Shown: positions 38,540-54,116, numbered from the stretch's first letter. The stretch is DNA of 64,000 bases from the human T2T-CHM13v2.0 reference genome, Homo sapiens (GCF_009914755.1 NC_060938.1); one strand, 5' to 3'. The notes: generated from the sequence alone by a model not told the origin. Numbers and translations are program-made.

Positions 38540-39475
38540 TACCATCTATATGGCCCACAAATTTATATTTTCCACACAGACTTTGCCCTGTCTTCTAGGC
38601 CCCTGTGCCCAGCTGTCTACTTGACAGTTTCTCTTGATGTCTTAAATATATCCCAATATATCCAATTGAATTCACGTTCAACACCTCTCTTCTCTCAAAA
38701 AAGGTGTCTTTTTTCAGCCTTTCCTACATCATTGAATGGCAATACCATCGGAAATGTTTCATATACCACAAACATAAGAACTCGCCTTTTTAATCTGTCC
38801 ATTTCCTCCATCTTTGCCATTCTCATGCCAATGCAAGCCACTATCATCTCTCACTCCAACTACTGCAAAAGCAGTCTGATGGTACCTATCCCATTGAATC
38901 TCCAGGGAGAACACTAGTGATCTTTTCAAAATGACCATATTAATCCCTTACTCAAGAATCTTCAATGGTTTTCTAACACTTTAAAAGTAAAATTGTCATT
39001 AACATGACCTTAAAAACGCTGGAAATTCTTCTTCTGCTTCCTCAGGGTATTCAAACTCGTTTCTCTCTCTTTCCGGTCTTTCTAACTTGCTCTGTTTAAT
39101 CCTGGCCCAAGGCCTTTGCATGCATGTTGTTCTCCCTAGTTTTGAAGTCCTTTCCACTAATCTAATTGCTTACCTAAAACTCAGCTCCAGTGTCCCCTCC
39201 TCATGGACACATTCCTTGACCCCTGTGAACAAATCCAATCATTCATTTATGGGTACTCAGAGCTCCATAAACCAGCTCTTCATACTACTTAACGTGATAC
39301 AGTTTTACACACATATCTGTGATTGTTAAAGTCAGTCAGTCACCTTCTGTTAAAAATAAACTCCTTACAAGCAAGAACGGCACCTGATTTTATTGGCATT
39401 TTATCCCAAGGACCAAGCAATGTGACCAGCACATTGTGTTGTTCATTCAACGCTTACCGAATGAATTAATTAATG
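38540..39475 (+). mobile_element. L2 3' region
   Basis: L2-like body ending gcacattgtgttgttcattcaacgcttaccgaatgaattaat. Confidence 0.65.
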
Positions 39476-40548
39476 CAGCAGAAAAAAATGGCCTATCTAG
39501 ATCTGTAGTAGAATGAAAAGGAGGGAGGAAGGGAGAAAGGAGGGGAGGGGGGAAAGGGAGGAAGCAAGGAAGGAAGGAAGGAAGGAAATAGAGAAGTTAA
39601 ACATAATTCTTGAATATGTGCAAACACTAACTCTAATTTTACAAATTACTTGCAGTTGTATTTCTAAATTCTATCTTTTCCTAACTGATTGTCACTTGAT
39701 CAAATGAAACTAATTCAGGTCAATATCTCTTATGGTAAGATAAGTTATGTCATACTTTCCTTTAACCTGAGGAGTAAAGACTAATTGCCTTTCCTATGTT
39801 CTATTTATTATGTGGTAACTTTTACATATAAAAATGTCTGAAAGTGTGCTGCTTAAAATGCACATTATGATTGTATTACAATATTTTCCCGAGGTGTCAT
39901 ATTATAATATTCTTACTGGTTGGTGGATCGTCAATCACCTCCTATTATTCTGGACTGGAACAGTAGACTATCTGCTTTATGTAGGCAAGTCACAGATACT
40001 GACATTTGTAAATAACATCCTTGAGTTTGAACAAATTCAAACAAATCTTCTCTTCTGTGAGTGTACATTTCTGATTTGCAGGCAAGTTGTAAAACGTCTA
40101 TTATAATCTGCAAAATTATATTTGTTTTCCAAATAATGAAATTGTTTTTACCCATTTCTAGACCTTTATTCATCTTAAAGTATTAAATATATGTTCCTCC
40201 TATTACATCAACACCTTGTAAACTAAATGATTAAAAGCATATCCCATTTTCAGCTAACACATGCTACTAAACTCCAACCTATAGAAAGAAGGTGCCAAGG
40301 GTATTTAATCTCTTCAGGCTCATCTCCATATTTTCTATAGACCTGATAAAAATTATCAAAGCTTTATTTTCCATGATAGAGATACTTCCTAATAGATATT
40401 TCATCTACTATTTTTTCATGGGAAGAAAGTACACTATGCTCTACTACCTTGAATCTTTTGTTTGTTTGTCTTATGGCAGCAATAGGAGAAACATACTTTA
40501 AAGATTAACTTTTTTTCTGTAATATTACCAAAAAAGGACATGTCATTT

Positions 40549-40972
40549 ATTATAGATGGAATGTGTTCCCCCAAAAGAGAAATGCTGGAGTCTCAACCTC
40601 CATTAATTCAAAATGTGAGTTTATTTAGAGTTAGGATCTTGACAAGGGTAATCAAGTTGAATTGAAATCTTTAGAGTGGGCCCTAATACATATACAGATG
40701 TTCTTGTATAAGGGGGAAATTTGGACACAGACAAGCACACAAGAAGAATGCCATATAAGCATTAAAGCAGAGACGGATGCGTTGCATCTCCAAGGACCAC
40801 CAAAAGCTAGGGGAGAGGTTTGAAGCAGATTCTTCCTTACAGCCCTCAGAAGAAACCAACCCTGTGGACACCTTGATCTTGGACTTAGAGTCTCTAGAAC
40901 TGTGAGACAATAAATGTGTTAAAGCCATCCAGTTTGCAGTACTTTGTTGCAGCTGCCCTAGCAAACAAATAC
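40549..40972 (+). mobile_element. MaLR solo LTR (MLT1B-like)
   Basis: ccaccaaaagctaggggagagg...acagccctcagaagaaaccaaccctgtggacaccttgatcttggactt...gccctagcaaacaaataca. Confidence 0.85.
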
Positions 40973-40988
40973 ACTATTAAACAATTTG

Positions 40989-41151
40989 TGGCTGGGTGTG
41001 GTGACTTATGCCTGTAATCTTAACCCATTGGGAAGCCAAGGCAGGAGGATCGATTGAGCCCAGGAGTTCAAGGCTGCAGTGAGCTACGATCGTGCCACTG
41101 CAACTCCAGCCTGGGTGACAGAGATACTGTCTCAAAAACAAAAACAAAAAC
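40989..41151 (+). mobile_element. Alu monomer (FRAM/FAM-like)
   Basis: Single monomer with (A5C)n tail. Confidence 0.85.
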
Positions 41152-43902
41152 TCTGTGAGAAAGATGGGATGCTTACAGTTTGGCATTTCTCCCTGATTAT
41201 ATGAGAATATAGTTACCAAACCTGTAGGTGAGTAGGAATGATAGCATCCGATACATCTACCTATCCTTCCTTCCTTCATGCTCCCTTCCATTTTCCTCTC
41301 TCTACCACTTTCTTTTCCTTCAATATTTTTCTCTCCTCTTTTCCTCCATCCCTCCATCCTGTCTCCTCCCTTCCTTTCTTCCTTTGAATAGTGTGATGAA
41401 TAATGATGCTCTCAACCTTCCAAATACTAATAAAGAGAAACTTGAATTTTCCAAGTGAAGAAGCCCAATTTTATTGTACCTTAAACTTACATATAGTAAA
41501 CTTAAGTGAAGGATGGTTATAAAATCTGAATTTATATCAATAATCTCCTCTATTTTTCCTGGAGGGGAAGAGCCTCGGTTAAAGAGATTTAAGAATGCTT
41601 TGAGTACTTGTGTTTGCCCTAAAGTTAGGGGAAATCTATCAATCTCTGCCATTTACCCAAAAAACATTGTACCCCAGATTAAACTGAACCAAAATCTTAT
41701 AAGAGATTATGGGTAAAGAAGACATGAGCAAGGGCTTCATCGGCAGAGGAGTTTCAAGGACATCCTATCGTATATTATGGCAAGGATATGACCGTTCTAG
41801 GAAACACATGTAAAGCATATAGGTGACTACACAGGACATATTTGAAGGTGAATGAAGGCAGACAGAGTAGATTGTGTCCTGAATGATTAGCTGTCTGCTC
41901 TGTCTTAGCTTGAGAGTGGAAACACACATGCACACACACAAAAGTGACTCTGTACTCAGTTCTGGGTAACCCTATGCATTTGCTCTTGAGATTCTCTTAT
42001 GTGGCAGACCTGACCTTGGTCACTGGATTAAGAAAAGAGCTTGGTTGGTATTTTTCCTTGCCTTTCAATTAATAGCTTTTTGACACAGCTGGTGTTTAAT
42101 AGAGCATCGTTAACATCACAAAAAAATAGTTCCTGCAGATTTTATCAAATGAAATGTCTTGACTAAAAGATGCATTCTATTTTTGACTATCAAACATTGA
42201 TTGCCCTAAAGGCTGGTAATTGAAACCTAACCTCTACCTGCTCAGCTTGTCAACATTCAATGCCAGTTGTCTCCCACCAGAGAATGAGATTACCATCTGC
42301 TATTCTGTGGTTTCTTCTGTGCTACAAACAGATTTAGTAGGAACTATTAAAGCTAATTAACAGTCACAGACTACCCTGTGATACTCAACTTACTGCAATT
42401 TTATCTGAGCCAGAGAAAAAAGAAAAACTACAACACTGTTCATAAGTGATTGTTTAGTTATACAAGTTAAAGACGCTTACAAACCAAGAGCAGTGCAATG
42501 ACCTTAATAAGAATGTAGTCACATTGCATTACTAAATTTCCATAAACTTTTTGTCTGGAAAATTGCTATGCCTTTACTTCCATCTTCTCTCTCCTTAATA
42601 ACTACTAATTGGTAACATTCAAAAAAAGAATGTTTCTTTAATAATTCATTTTTAATAATTTATATTGAGAAAGTCCCTTTCAGTTCTGGAGCTTACTATT
42701 TTACAACTGTATAAAACATTCCACTTAGAAATAAATAGCTAGTTTATTTGTCATTAAAATGCTAAGAATGGCTCTTCTTTAAAAATACTCAACTTCAAAC
42801 GTAAGAGGAAACTGAGTGGAGAGAAAGAGAGAGACAGAGACAGAGCGATTCCCAGATATTCCATAGAAAAAGTACTTCCTGTTAACAGTGTTATATTTGG
42901 ATTTGATTTCCTATCAGTGGAGAAACAGACTAACAGACATGGGCCATATGTCACAGAGCATACATTTTTAAACCTTAGCAGAAATAACTTAAACAGCAGA
43001 GTAAACAGTTGTAAAGCAGGGAAGCTGAAGATTTCCACATATAAAATAACATTTTCTCTTCTTTAATAGGTATTCTACTGACAAGCTTTAAAGTGTGAAA
43101 ATTAGGTTATCCTCTGACAACAGTCTTGGGAAGTAATTTTGTGCTATATTTCATTTCGTGCTTTATTATTATTATTATTTTAATATCAGTGCTTTCTAGC
43201 AAGAAAATAAGGAAGCCTAAAAAATAAAAATTACTGCTAAGTTTTTTGAACTCAAACAATCTGACGAGGAGATACAGACCCTGGAAGAACAGAGCTCAAT
43301 CAGATTTTATCCTTCAGGAGCAGTGCTAGACAGAGCAGGCAGGACTTTTAATATGACACGACCCAGAAAACGCAACCTGCACGTAAGTAACGTAACTTCT
43401 GTGGTATATCCACATCTCAGATTCTATTTACCATGTGTGGATATTCAGATTCTCAGTTCGGGTTCAGACAGTGTAATAATTCTAGCTTCTATGAAGAGTA
43501 GCCTGTTGTTATTACTATTCTTTAAAGTTTATTTATCTGAAGTCTGAATATTTTTTTCAAAATCATAAAGCCAAAATACAAATGCAGGAAATATTTTATC
43601 AGCATTGGATTGCATCTGCTAACGTAAACCTCCCTCTCCCTTCCAACCATAACTGGAATCGCCACTACCATATTCTCTTACACACACATACATCCTCCTC
43701 CTTTGGACAGCTGCATGGTATTAATAGAAATTCTGTAGTTGCCATACATAATGAAGGAGAGATGGTGCCTAAGGCTCTTTCAGAGAAGCAGAGCCACAAA
43801 TTCCAAAGTGGAACTCTTCTCCCCATTTTAAAGACTAACCACCCATTTTCCTGGAATGAACTTTGTTATGTGTTGAATAAGCCCCAGAGAAAAAAGAGTC
43901 AT

Positions 43903-43904
<2 letters not shown>

Positions 43905-43952
<48 letters not shown>
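43905..43952. repeat. (AT)24 perfect microsatellite
   Basis: Directly visible. Confidence 0.97.
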
Positions 43953-43954
<2 letters not shown>

Positions 43955-44101
43955 TATATAGTTACAGATGACATTTCGGTGACTGTATGTAAAACTGCTA
44001 ATAAAAGGCTCAAGTACAGGTATTTTTTAAATGACTTGTGGCTTGACTTGATTAGTAGATGTGATGAAATTGATGGTTCATTTCCTACATAAAAGACAAA
44101 C

Positions 44102-44446
<345 letters not shown>

Positions 44447-44722
44447 TTAACTATAGAACAGTTACTAAACATTTTCAACTGGAATGACGTCTTCAGTTAG
44501 AATTAGTTTGCAATAGAACTTTGAAACTGGAAGCTGGCAAAAGCACAAGAGGGAAAAGAACTTAAACTAGAAAGGAATTTGATAATTATGAAAGCATGAA
44601 ATAGCATGGAAGAAATCGGTATGAGAAAAAACAAATCTTAAGTAACTAAATTTAATTCAATTTGATGAATATTTAATTGAGTAGCTACTCTATACAAAAT
44701 GGTGTATTAAGATCTCTGAGTG

Positions 44723-45054
<332 letters not shown>

Positions 45055-45595
45055 TTATTTCTTCCTAAAGTGCAAAGTATAATTAGGAGAGTCAGATACA
45101 TTGGTGTTACCCATGAGCCAACTGCACCAGAATCACTGGAAATATAGATGTGAAAAAATGCACATTTGATTAATCAGGCTGAAAATATCAAAGTTACCTT
45201 CCATTTAGAGAAACTCAGAACTTTTTTTTCTTTGGTAAAATTTCATCCAGACTCTGGAGTTCTCTGTGTATCTTTCTAGTCGCAGAACCATCGAGCCAAC
45301 TCACTGTTTTATCAATATTATCACAAGAGTATTCTTTTCATATTTATTTCCCATCTTAGTTTCCTTGAAAAATGTGATGAAAATGCAAAGATCACAAATT
45401 CATGCATTTTTTTTTGACTATGAACCTTTGTCTATGTGTTAATAGTTCAGGTTCTAGTATCAGTTGATTTATCTTTTATAAATGGTTTTAAAATTTAAAC
45501 ATGCAAGAGGTTTTCTTGATTTCTATTAGTGATTATCTCACCCTCGTGAAACAGAAAAAAGTGTTGTAAATGTTGTAATTCAGTATTGTATACAC

Positions 45596-45632
<37 letters not shown>
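45596..45632. repeat. (GA)n microsatellite
   Basis: Directly visible. Confidence 0.92.
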
Positions 45633-47019
45633 TAAGGCAGTTTTCAGAGTAATTAAATCAAAAAGCTGTAGGCTCCATATATGACATAGCAAAATGGGGA
45701 AAGATTGATCAAGGGAAAATAGGCCCATATATCTGAATAAAAAGTAGAAGAACGGTGCTATAATAAAAGTAAAAAACAGGACATGATTATTGTGTTGTAG
45801 CACAACTTTAGGAGTAAAAGTTGATAAGCGTAGGAGAAAGAGAAAAAAAACTAGAACTAGTGTGTAATAGAGAAGTGGGAAATAGCATTGAAGATATGGG
45901 TATGAAAAGTGGTATATTCTGATTGTTTTGGTTGGGTATTCAGTATCTGACTGATCTCTCAACTAAACTATGAAACTGAAATAGAAAATTCAGCAACACT
46001 GAAGTCATTCATCAAATGTAACGGGGATGATTGCCTCCATCCATTTATCCCATAGGAGATATCACAACCATGAGGGAATAATAACTTTATACCAAGAGGA
46101 GACACCATAGGCATGTAGATAAGTAGTGTCAATCATTTTCTCTTTGACTATTGATTGTCAGAAAATAAGCTTCTGCATTAAAACCTGAAGACCTAATGGA
46201 TCAGAATCTCTTGGGTCAGGGTACCCAAGGAGCTGCATTAATGATATTCACAATATAATCTGAGGATCTCTTTTTTAATACAAAAATACTTTGAAAAGTA
46301 CTATAATAGATCATCACTTAATATGACACGAGGACATGAGGGATTGATAGAACACAACTAAGATCAGAAGAAGGAATCAAAAATTGAATGTGACCTGAGC
46401 TTTGCAAGATGATTAGAAGTTTACTAGGCATGTGCAGGAGAGAAGTATATATGCCAGGTATAGGGAATAAATTTTAACAAGGCTCAGAAATATCTGATAA
46501 TGGAGTACAGTGAAGAAATAAAGCAATATATAATAGGTGGGCCAAACGAGCAAGAGCTTTGAATTGTAGATTATTCTGGAAATACCAGAGAGCCATAGTT
46601 GGTTTTAGATAAAATTATAGAGAGGCCACTTTGGGTAGGATGAACTGAAAGAAAGATGCATTGGATCATTACGGAGGACTCTACTAGGGATAACGGGACC
46701 AAATTAAGACAGTTATAGCGGAAGATGCCCAGAATTCACTTGAGATTCCATGCAAAGGGGTTTATTTGAGCATGTTGAGGATGACAATATTAGACATTAA
46801 TCTAAGATGACAGCAATGTGAATTTGAGGAAAAATATGTGCATGTAATTAACAGAAAAACTTGAAGATCTGAACTTCCTACTAAATTACCTACTTCAGTG
46901 AATGGTACCAAAAAAATCACACACTGTCACATCCTATATCTGCAAGTCATTTAGACATGTTCTCTCTGCCAACATCTTTCCACATCCATAAATATACTGC
47001 TAATAAGATTTAAAATATA

Positions 47020-47220
47020 TATTATATTATGCTTAAAATGTGCCAAGAACTATTCTATGCACTTTACTCATACCAATTTAATCCAAACAAACACTCTATG
47101 AGATAGGTACTATTCTCCTGAGTTTGAAGAGGTGAAGAATGAGACTCAGAAAGGTTAAATAACTTGCCCAGGGTCACAAAGGGAGTAAGAATCTGAGCAT
47201 TCTTAAGCATTGTACTATAG
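47020..47220 (-). mobile_element. MIR
   Basis: ctatgagataggtactatt...gagactcagaaaggttaaataacttgcccagggtcaca. Confidence 0.8.
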
Positions 47221-47663
47221 CACCCCTCAAATAGCTTTCCAATTATTCCTCTCTAGTACAACTTTCCTCCTACTGATCTAGTTAAAGTTACTTTCACCTC
47301 TTATCTAAATTTCAAAGGTCTCCAAATGAATGTTTCTGCCTTCAGTTTTATTCCTTCTCAAGTCACTCTCCTTTATGTTGTTGCCCCAGTCATTCTAAAA
47401 TGCAAGTCACATCATCCCTCTACCCTGAAGCCAGTAAGATAGTATACACACACACACACACACACAATTGTATCATTTTTCTAAACTCTTAATCACACAC
47501 ACAGAGAGAAATTCAGGGAAATTGGTTATGGCTTGTCTTGACTTTAGAAACGGAGACATTAATTGCTATTGATCCCTGGAGTTAAATAATGTATTGTTCC
47601 TTCCTCTCTACAGAGAAATCATTAATTTTATTTCATTGAAGCTTTTTTCATCAGTCAAAGCCC

Positions 47664-48110
47664 TGTCGGGAATCAGATAGCACACTCAAAATCATGATTG
47701 AAGAGATATTAACAAAGAGGCTGCTTACCAAGGAGAGGATGGAGTTGAGAAACAGCGAGGAGTGTGAAAGACTCTGGAACTAGGAGGGCTAGAAGCCCCT
47801 TCCCCACCTGGGCCTGAACAGACAAGAAGTCTGGATCTGCCCAGACATTTAGCTGATGAGGGCCTCCAGGCAGGAGCCATTACTTGGACAGAGGAACACA
47901 GCCATTGACAAACTGTGGCTCCCTAAAAGAGGAAGTTAGAGCAATAAACCCCCAACCTCTTCTCTTCCTAGAAATCAATCTCTTCCCCCTTTGTTCCATT
48001 GGCCTAATCCAATGAGAGCTCAGCTGAGTCAGCCCATCAAGGAACAAAGCCAGGTAGACAGGGTTAGAGAGTGAGTATGGAAGCACCAATCGGAAACATC
48101 CAGCGCATTT
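47664..48110. mobile_element. Old ERVL/MaLR-type LTR remnant (LTR33-like)
   Basis: cagatagcacactcaaa...ccattggcctaatccaatgagag; GC-richer block with LTR-like text. Confidence 0.45.
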
Positions 48111-49870
48111 GTGTGCCTTTATATATAACAGTTTTGTCTTTGACATTAAATTGTATGAATTCAGGCCTACATGAGTGTAAGAAACAAGGATATCATCTGA
48201 TTCTCCATAACAAGAAGGCTTCTGGGCTTCCATTTCCCACTGCCTTATTGCAAGGATTTTGACAGGTGGAGACATGAATAAATCCTTACTGCTGATAAAT
48301 CCTAATGGAAAGCAAGACCAGATTATTGCACTCGTCTTCCAGAAATAACAGTTTATTTCATCTTCCTGGCTCTTAGAATTGCTTCTCATTATGATTTATT
48401 CACATCGTATAATGCAAATTACTACACAAATTATAAATTTAACATACACACATGTTATGCATATACAGTACAAACATTTATATGTGTGTATTTCTATGAT
48501 TTTAAATATACTGGGCTCTTTGTTGTGTGTTTCACATAAAGTTACTCATTTAAAGTTCAACAACCTAGGATACTTGTCTCATCATCATTTACATAGAAGA
48601 ATCCTAAAGCTTAGAGAAAGTAAGTGAATACCAAGAGTTCACATATTAAGGAAAAGGTGGAAGCTAGAATGCAAGTTACAGGAATCTAAAAGTGTCTCAC
48701 TCTCAGTGACAAAGTTTTCCTGCCTACAATTGCTGAATGACGTAGAGTAATGTACTCTTACACATTTTCTTTGTGTAATGTCAAGTAATGTACTATTACA
48801 CATTGTGTTTGTGAGAAACAAACAGAAACACTGTTCTTCCTATGATAATCTTAACAAAGTCACTCTCTTTCTGAAGCTTCTTCATGATCAAAAGATTGAG
48901 GTGATTTTTTAACCATCACTTGACATCACATAATTTTATGGTCTGAGCACTCCATATCGGGCAGAGGGGGATAAACTAAATCACTGGAAGACAAATGTGG
49001 ATTTAGACACAAATTCCTGAAGAAACAGAAAGGGAAAGATTTTCTCCACACAGTATTTGTCAACTGCTATGAAATCCTATATTTCTACTAACTCAGGGAA
49101 ACTTTAATGATCAGCTGGAGCAAGTACAAAAAAGAAGTGTTTGGAGAAGAAAACTACATATTAAAGAACCTATTCTTCTTCTTTCAGGGCATACAACCAA
49201 AATTTAAGCTAATATCATGCTGCATTTTAAAGATCCTAAGTAATACAAACCTATTTTTACAATTTGCACGTTTTATGCATTCTTGGAAGAAACTTCATTC
49301 ACACTGTACGTGCTCACAGCCTGTACTCTTGGAACTAATTGGCAAGTGTGAATTCGTAAGTCTGTCTGAAAGAACTGTGTCCCTGTGTACATATCCAACT
49401 GTTTTGAATTTTTTTAAATTTATTTCTGTTTTTACTTTTCCAGGTATCTAATGTGAGAGGTAAGAACAACCTTCAGAGAAAAAGCCTTTCACTGAAGGAA
49501 ATTCACATTATAAATATGAGACAACGAAGAGAAGCAAGCAAACTGAGTGATTTTAAAATATAAGTTGTGGATTCTTTTTAGGACCTGCTGCCCAATAAGC
49601 CAATTAAGATTGCGGAGAATATAAGTGTTTTGGAAGGCACTGCATCCCCAAATAAAAAAGATGAGAATCATAGCAACATTTGGTTGCTCTCACATTGTGG
49701 ATACAGTAAATAGAGCAGGAGTCACAAAATTTTTAACTAGTTCTTGCTTTTAAACTTAATTGCCTATTTAATAAATACCATATATGTGAAAGCACATAAA
49801 GCTAATTCATATTTTAAAACAATGTGTTTGTTATAAACTAGGGGGAAAATTCAAATATATACATATATAT

Positions 49871-49990
49871 AGTAGAGATGGGGTTTCACCATGTTGCCCA
49901 GGTTGGTCTTGAAATCCTGGACTCAAGTGATCTTCCTGCCTTGGCCCCTCAAAGTGTTGAGATTACACGTGTGAGCCATCATGCTCAGCC
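49871..49990 (-). mobile_element. Alu left monomer (FLAM_C/AluJ-like)
   Basis: gtagagatggggtttcaccatgttgcccagg...gagccatcatgctcagcc. Confidence 0.88.
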
Positions 49991-52900
49991 CGTAGTCTCT
50001 ATTATGTTGAAGAACTATCTACAGACAAACAATGTAGCTTAGCTTGTTAGACTAGATATTTATTTTCTTAAACATGTCTTATTTGTAAAAAAGAAAAAAA
50101 GACAAAAGGAAGAAGGGAAGTGAAGAAAATAAAAGAAAGAAAAGAAAAGAATATGAGAGGGTATCACTCTAATAGGGAGGGCCCAAGTGAACCTTAGTAG
50201 TTCCTAGCATAGAACGATAGGTGCTCTGCCTGAGTTTCTCAAAGTTGATATTCTTCAAAAGCTTCTCACTTCCCATTAATGAGCATATCGCTTTTCTGTA
50301 AGATTCCAGTGTGGTTTATTTTCTTCCAGAAACAAAAGTAAAGTTGATTATGATCATTTAATAAATTCTTTTTTTCTTTATCTTCTGCTCTCCAAGAAAT
50401 TTTTTAAACTATATATCATGAATACTTGGAAAGTCTCAAATTTTTATAATAAAAATGCCAGGTGTTGACTATAGTGAACTAATTATTGCTAGTTAATATA
50501 TACAATTTGACACGAACAGATAGTGAAAAATACATACAAAAATCAATAATCACAGAACTCTAGGTAATCTAGCAATCATTTTATAATGAGAAAACTAAAG
50601 AAAAATTAAGTGATTTACCCAAAAGCCACACCTTTAGACGTCAACATTAAAATTTAGCCCAAATCATAGAATAGAAAGTGGGGAAAAAATCCTCTATATT
50701 TAGAAAGAGAGAAAGAAAGCAAATAATTTCAATGAACCAATCAGGTGTTTTAATAATATTCAAACTGATGTTTATTTTCTTAAAATAGCTGCAGGGAAAC
50801 CACTTGGGCTGGAAATATTAAGGCATAACAATTTAAAAGGAAGAACTGCAAAATCACTTGTATCTACACCTATATGTATATTTCACAAGTAGCAATTTTA
50901 AAGGTTACATTTCTCTAATTTTTATGAGTGAATTACAGGTCACTTAATATAAATTTTAATTTATATCAGGTATTTTGTATGTCAATTTGATTTATTTGTA
51001 TATACCTAGATCTAAAGCTGATACACATTTCAAGAATTATTATTCCTTTATATATTTTAGATATATTAACCTATAACAAAATTTCTACTTGAGATATCAA
51101 ATGCCATAGTTTGTGCTATGTGTCTGTGCTTTAAATAACTGGGATATACAAAGAAATGCAGAGAAAGAAGGACATATATTTCAAACAGTATTTATATGAC
51201 ATGGCTCATAATTCAATGCACCATTAGAGGAAATAATCTACAAATATTTGGTAAATTTTAAGCCAGGAAAGCAGAACTCTGATAGTAAAGTGAAACTGTG
51301 TCTTCAAAAAGAGAGGTTTAAATATACAGAGGATATGTCTTTGTCTCTGATGAGCATAACCAGTATAACTTGTATTCCCAAGTCAATTTCAATCATGACA
51401 GGTAGCATACTACAGTAAATATTATAATAAAGCTATATCATAATGATTCTCATCTTTCTACAGCCACCAAAAAAAAAGAAATCAAAGATATGAGATACTT
51501 AGGCTCAAAAACCTAAGCAAATGCTTTAACCACAAAGGCCATTTCCTTTTTGACAGCTGAAATACATATGAGTAAAATGAAGAATCCATTTAAACAGCTG
51601 CATTCCATAATATTTTTCAGATCCTTTGTCTATCTAAATTTGTGTGTTTCAATAAAGTCAAAAGGTAGTTTCTATGAAAAAATTAGACATTAATAGACTG
51701 TGTTATCTCTATGTTTCTGTGATGTCTAGAGCTGTGGAACTTGGACACTATTAATGAAATTCAGACTGAGTAGGCTGCTTTTATCAGTGTTTAAAAATCC
51801 AATTCTTCTTAGGTTTACTAAACCAGCAACTTTTTTATAATGAAAATTTTGTAAATTGCTGTACCATTCCATTAAGAATTTTATTAGAGATCAATGAAAA
51901 GTTAAGTTTAAAGATAAATTCATATATCTACATAAACATACATAAATTCCCCCCAAAATATTGAAAAACAACACTACTTCCAACATTAGGGGAAAACGTA
52001 CTTTTATGACAAAATACTTTTTTATAAACTGGTAGGTGACATAATTCTTCAATCAAATGCTGAGATTAGAAAGAAAAATATAATTTCCTGTATTTAGCCT
52101 TGAGCACTTTGGTATGAAGCAAGAAAGAAAAATCAACAGAAATATTACTGTAGATGTCATTATGCCAATAGGAAGGTACTCAAATAAAATTTATACTGTA
52201 GAAACTAGTATTTTAATCTATATGTAGTTAGTTTAGCTTATACACATAGACATCTGAAAAAGTTCCTTTCACAATGCTTCTGTTGACGCAGATTCTTTAC
52301 TGACTCTCCCACTCTTTCATACCACATTTCATGCAGACATATTTCCTCTCTTTTTCTCAAATGACTTGATATTTTTCCTGGTTATTTTAATACTTGTCTG
52401 GAAAGCTACTTAGCATTGCTTGGTTTTTGCTTCCAAATTAGCCTATCAGGACTAAGGGAAAGAGAAGCTTATTAGATTATATAATAGGATTAATAAAGAC
52501 CAATTGCCTTATTTTGCACTCACTTATTAGTTTAACTAGATCAGGGACACCTTTGCTGTCAGTAATTAAATTTATGTATTAGTGAATTTTCATTTCTAAA
52601 TCTCAAACATTTCAAAAACAGTCCTTTTCGATAATTGTCCACTTGCATGTTTTTCTAAAAGGAAATCAAATAAAACAACTCTCATTTAGCACGTACGAAC
52701 ATTTTGGCATAAAGAAGTCAAACAATTTAACCAAGGATACAGAAAAATGGAAGAATAGGAAATTATATCCAGTTATTCGCATGTCTAGTCATAATAAAAA
52801 CTTGCAGAATGATTCAGGATATGTCTATGCACACAAAATAATAATATTGAGTTTTACTACATGAACTGTTACTTTTATCCCATTAAGTCCTGGATCAAAT

Positions 52901-53419
52901 CTAAACTTCTTTAACTCTCTGTGTAATTCCATACAAGGTGATCATATTCATTGTCTCAGCTTTCTCAGCTGGAAAGCTGAAAGACAGTCATTTATGAAGT
53001 TTCCCTCAAGCTCTCAAATTCTGTTAACTAGTGACTGGTTTGCATTCAGAAACTGGCCAAGTGACCACACTGGCCTTACTCCAGTCACTTTTGGCAACAG
53101 CATGTTAGCACAACATTGGCAGAATTCAGACATGCTGTTGAATCCAAACAACATTAAAACAATGGCAACAAGAAAAAATTAAACAGCCAATTTGAGTTAA
53201 TACACAAAACTATAACCCTATCAGAAAAAAAAGAATAGCACATGTCTGCCTATGCAGCTGAGAGGGAACTTTGGTCATCATCAAGTCCTATTGAAAGAAA
53301 AAGATGTAAAGCACTTAAAAAAAATTCAAAACTAAACACTAAGTTAACTCACTGTTAATGTAAAACATCTTTCAGAAAATAATTCTAGTTTCATATTTTA
53401 AAACAAAAATTAAATAACA

Positions 53420-54116
53420 ATTTTTTAAATTTGTAAAATGTAAGGGGTACAAGTGCAGTTTTGTTACATGGGTATATTGCTAATGGTGAAGTCTGGGCTT
53501 TTAACGTAACCATCACCAAAATCGTGCACATTGTACTCATTAAGTAATTTCTCAGCCCTCGCCCCCTCCCAACCTCCTACCATTTGAGTTTCCAATAACT
53601 ATTATTTTATGCTCTATGTCCATGTGTACACATTATTTAGCTTCCACTAATAAGTGAGAACATGTGGTACTGTTTCTGAGCTGTTTCACTTAAGATAATA
53701 GCCTCTAGTTCCATCCATGTTGCTGCAAAAGACATGATTTGATTATTTTTAAAGCTGAATAGTATTCCATTGTATCTCTATGCCACATTTTCTTTATCCA
53801 GTCATCTGTTGATGGGCATTTAGGTTGATTCCATCTTTGCTGTTGTGAATATTGCTGCGATAAACATACCAAATGCAGGTAACTTTTTGATATAATGATT
53901 TCCTTTGCATATATAACCACTAGGGGGATTGCTAGATTAAATGGTAGTTCTATTTTTAGTTATTTGAGAAATCTCCATACTGTTTTTCATAGAGGCTGTA
54001 CTAATTTACATTTCCCACCAACAATGTAAAAGCGTTCCCCTTTCTTTGCAGCCTCATCGACCTCTGTCATTTTTTGTCTTTTTAATAATAGCCAACCTGA
54101 CTGGTGTATGATGATT
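53420..54116 (-). mobile_element. L1PB/L1MA-type 3' end with ORF2 C-terminal remnant
   Basis: ggggtacaagtgcagttttgttacatggg...; ORF 53705-53920 has WNQPKCPSTDDWIKKMWH..TMEYYSA, the L1 ORF2p C-terminal motif. Confidence 0.9.

Noticed and set aside
43828-44092. YIYIYI ORFs (also 56349-56615)
   Set aside because: They are translations of (TA)n microsatellites.
45495-45962. 155-aa hydrophobic ORF
   Set aside because: It derives from the T-rich strand and a (TC)n repeat, has a non-ATG start and shows no family resemblance.
47880-48389. Longest ORF (169 aa)
   Set aside because: It partly overlaps an LTR-like remnant, has no recognisable domain, and its length is plausible by chance in 64 kb.
53705-53920. 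ORF with a WNQPKCPS motif
   Set aside because: It is the L1 ORF2p C-terminal remnant of a 5'-truncated dead element, not a host gene.
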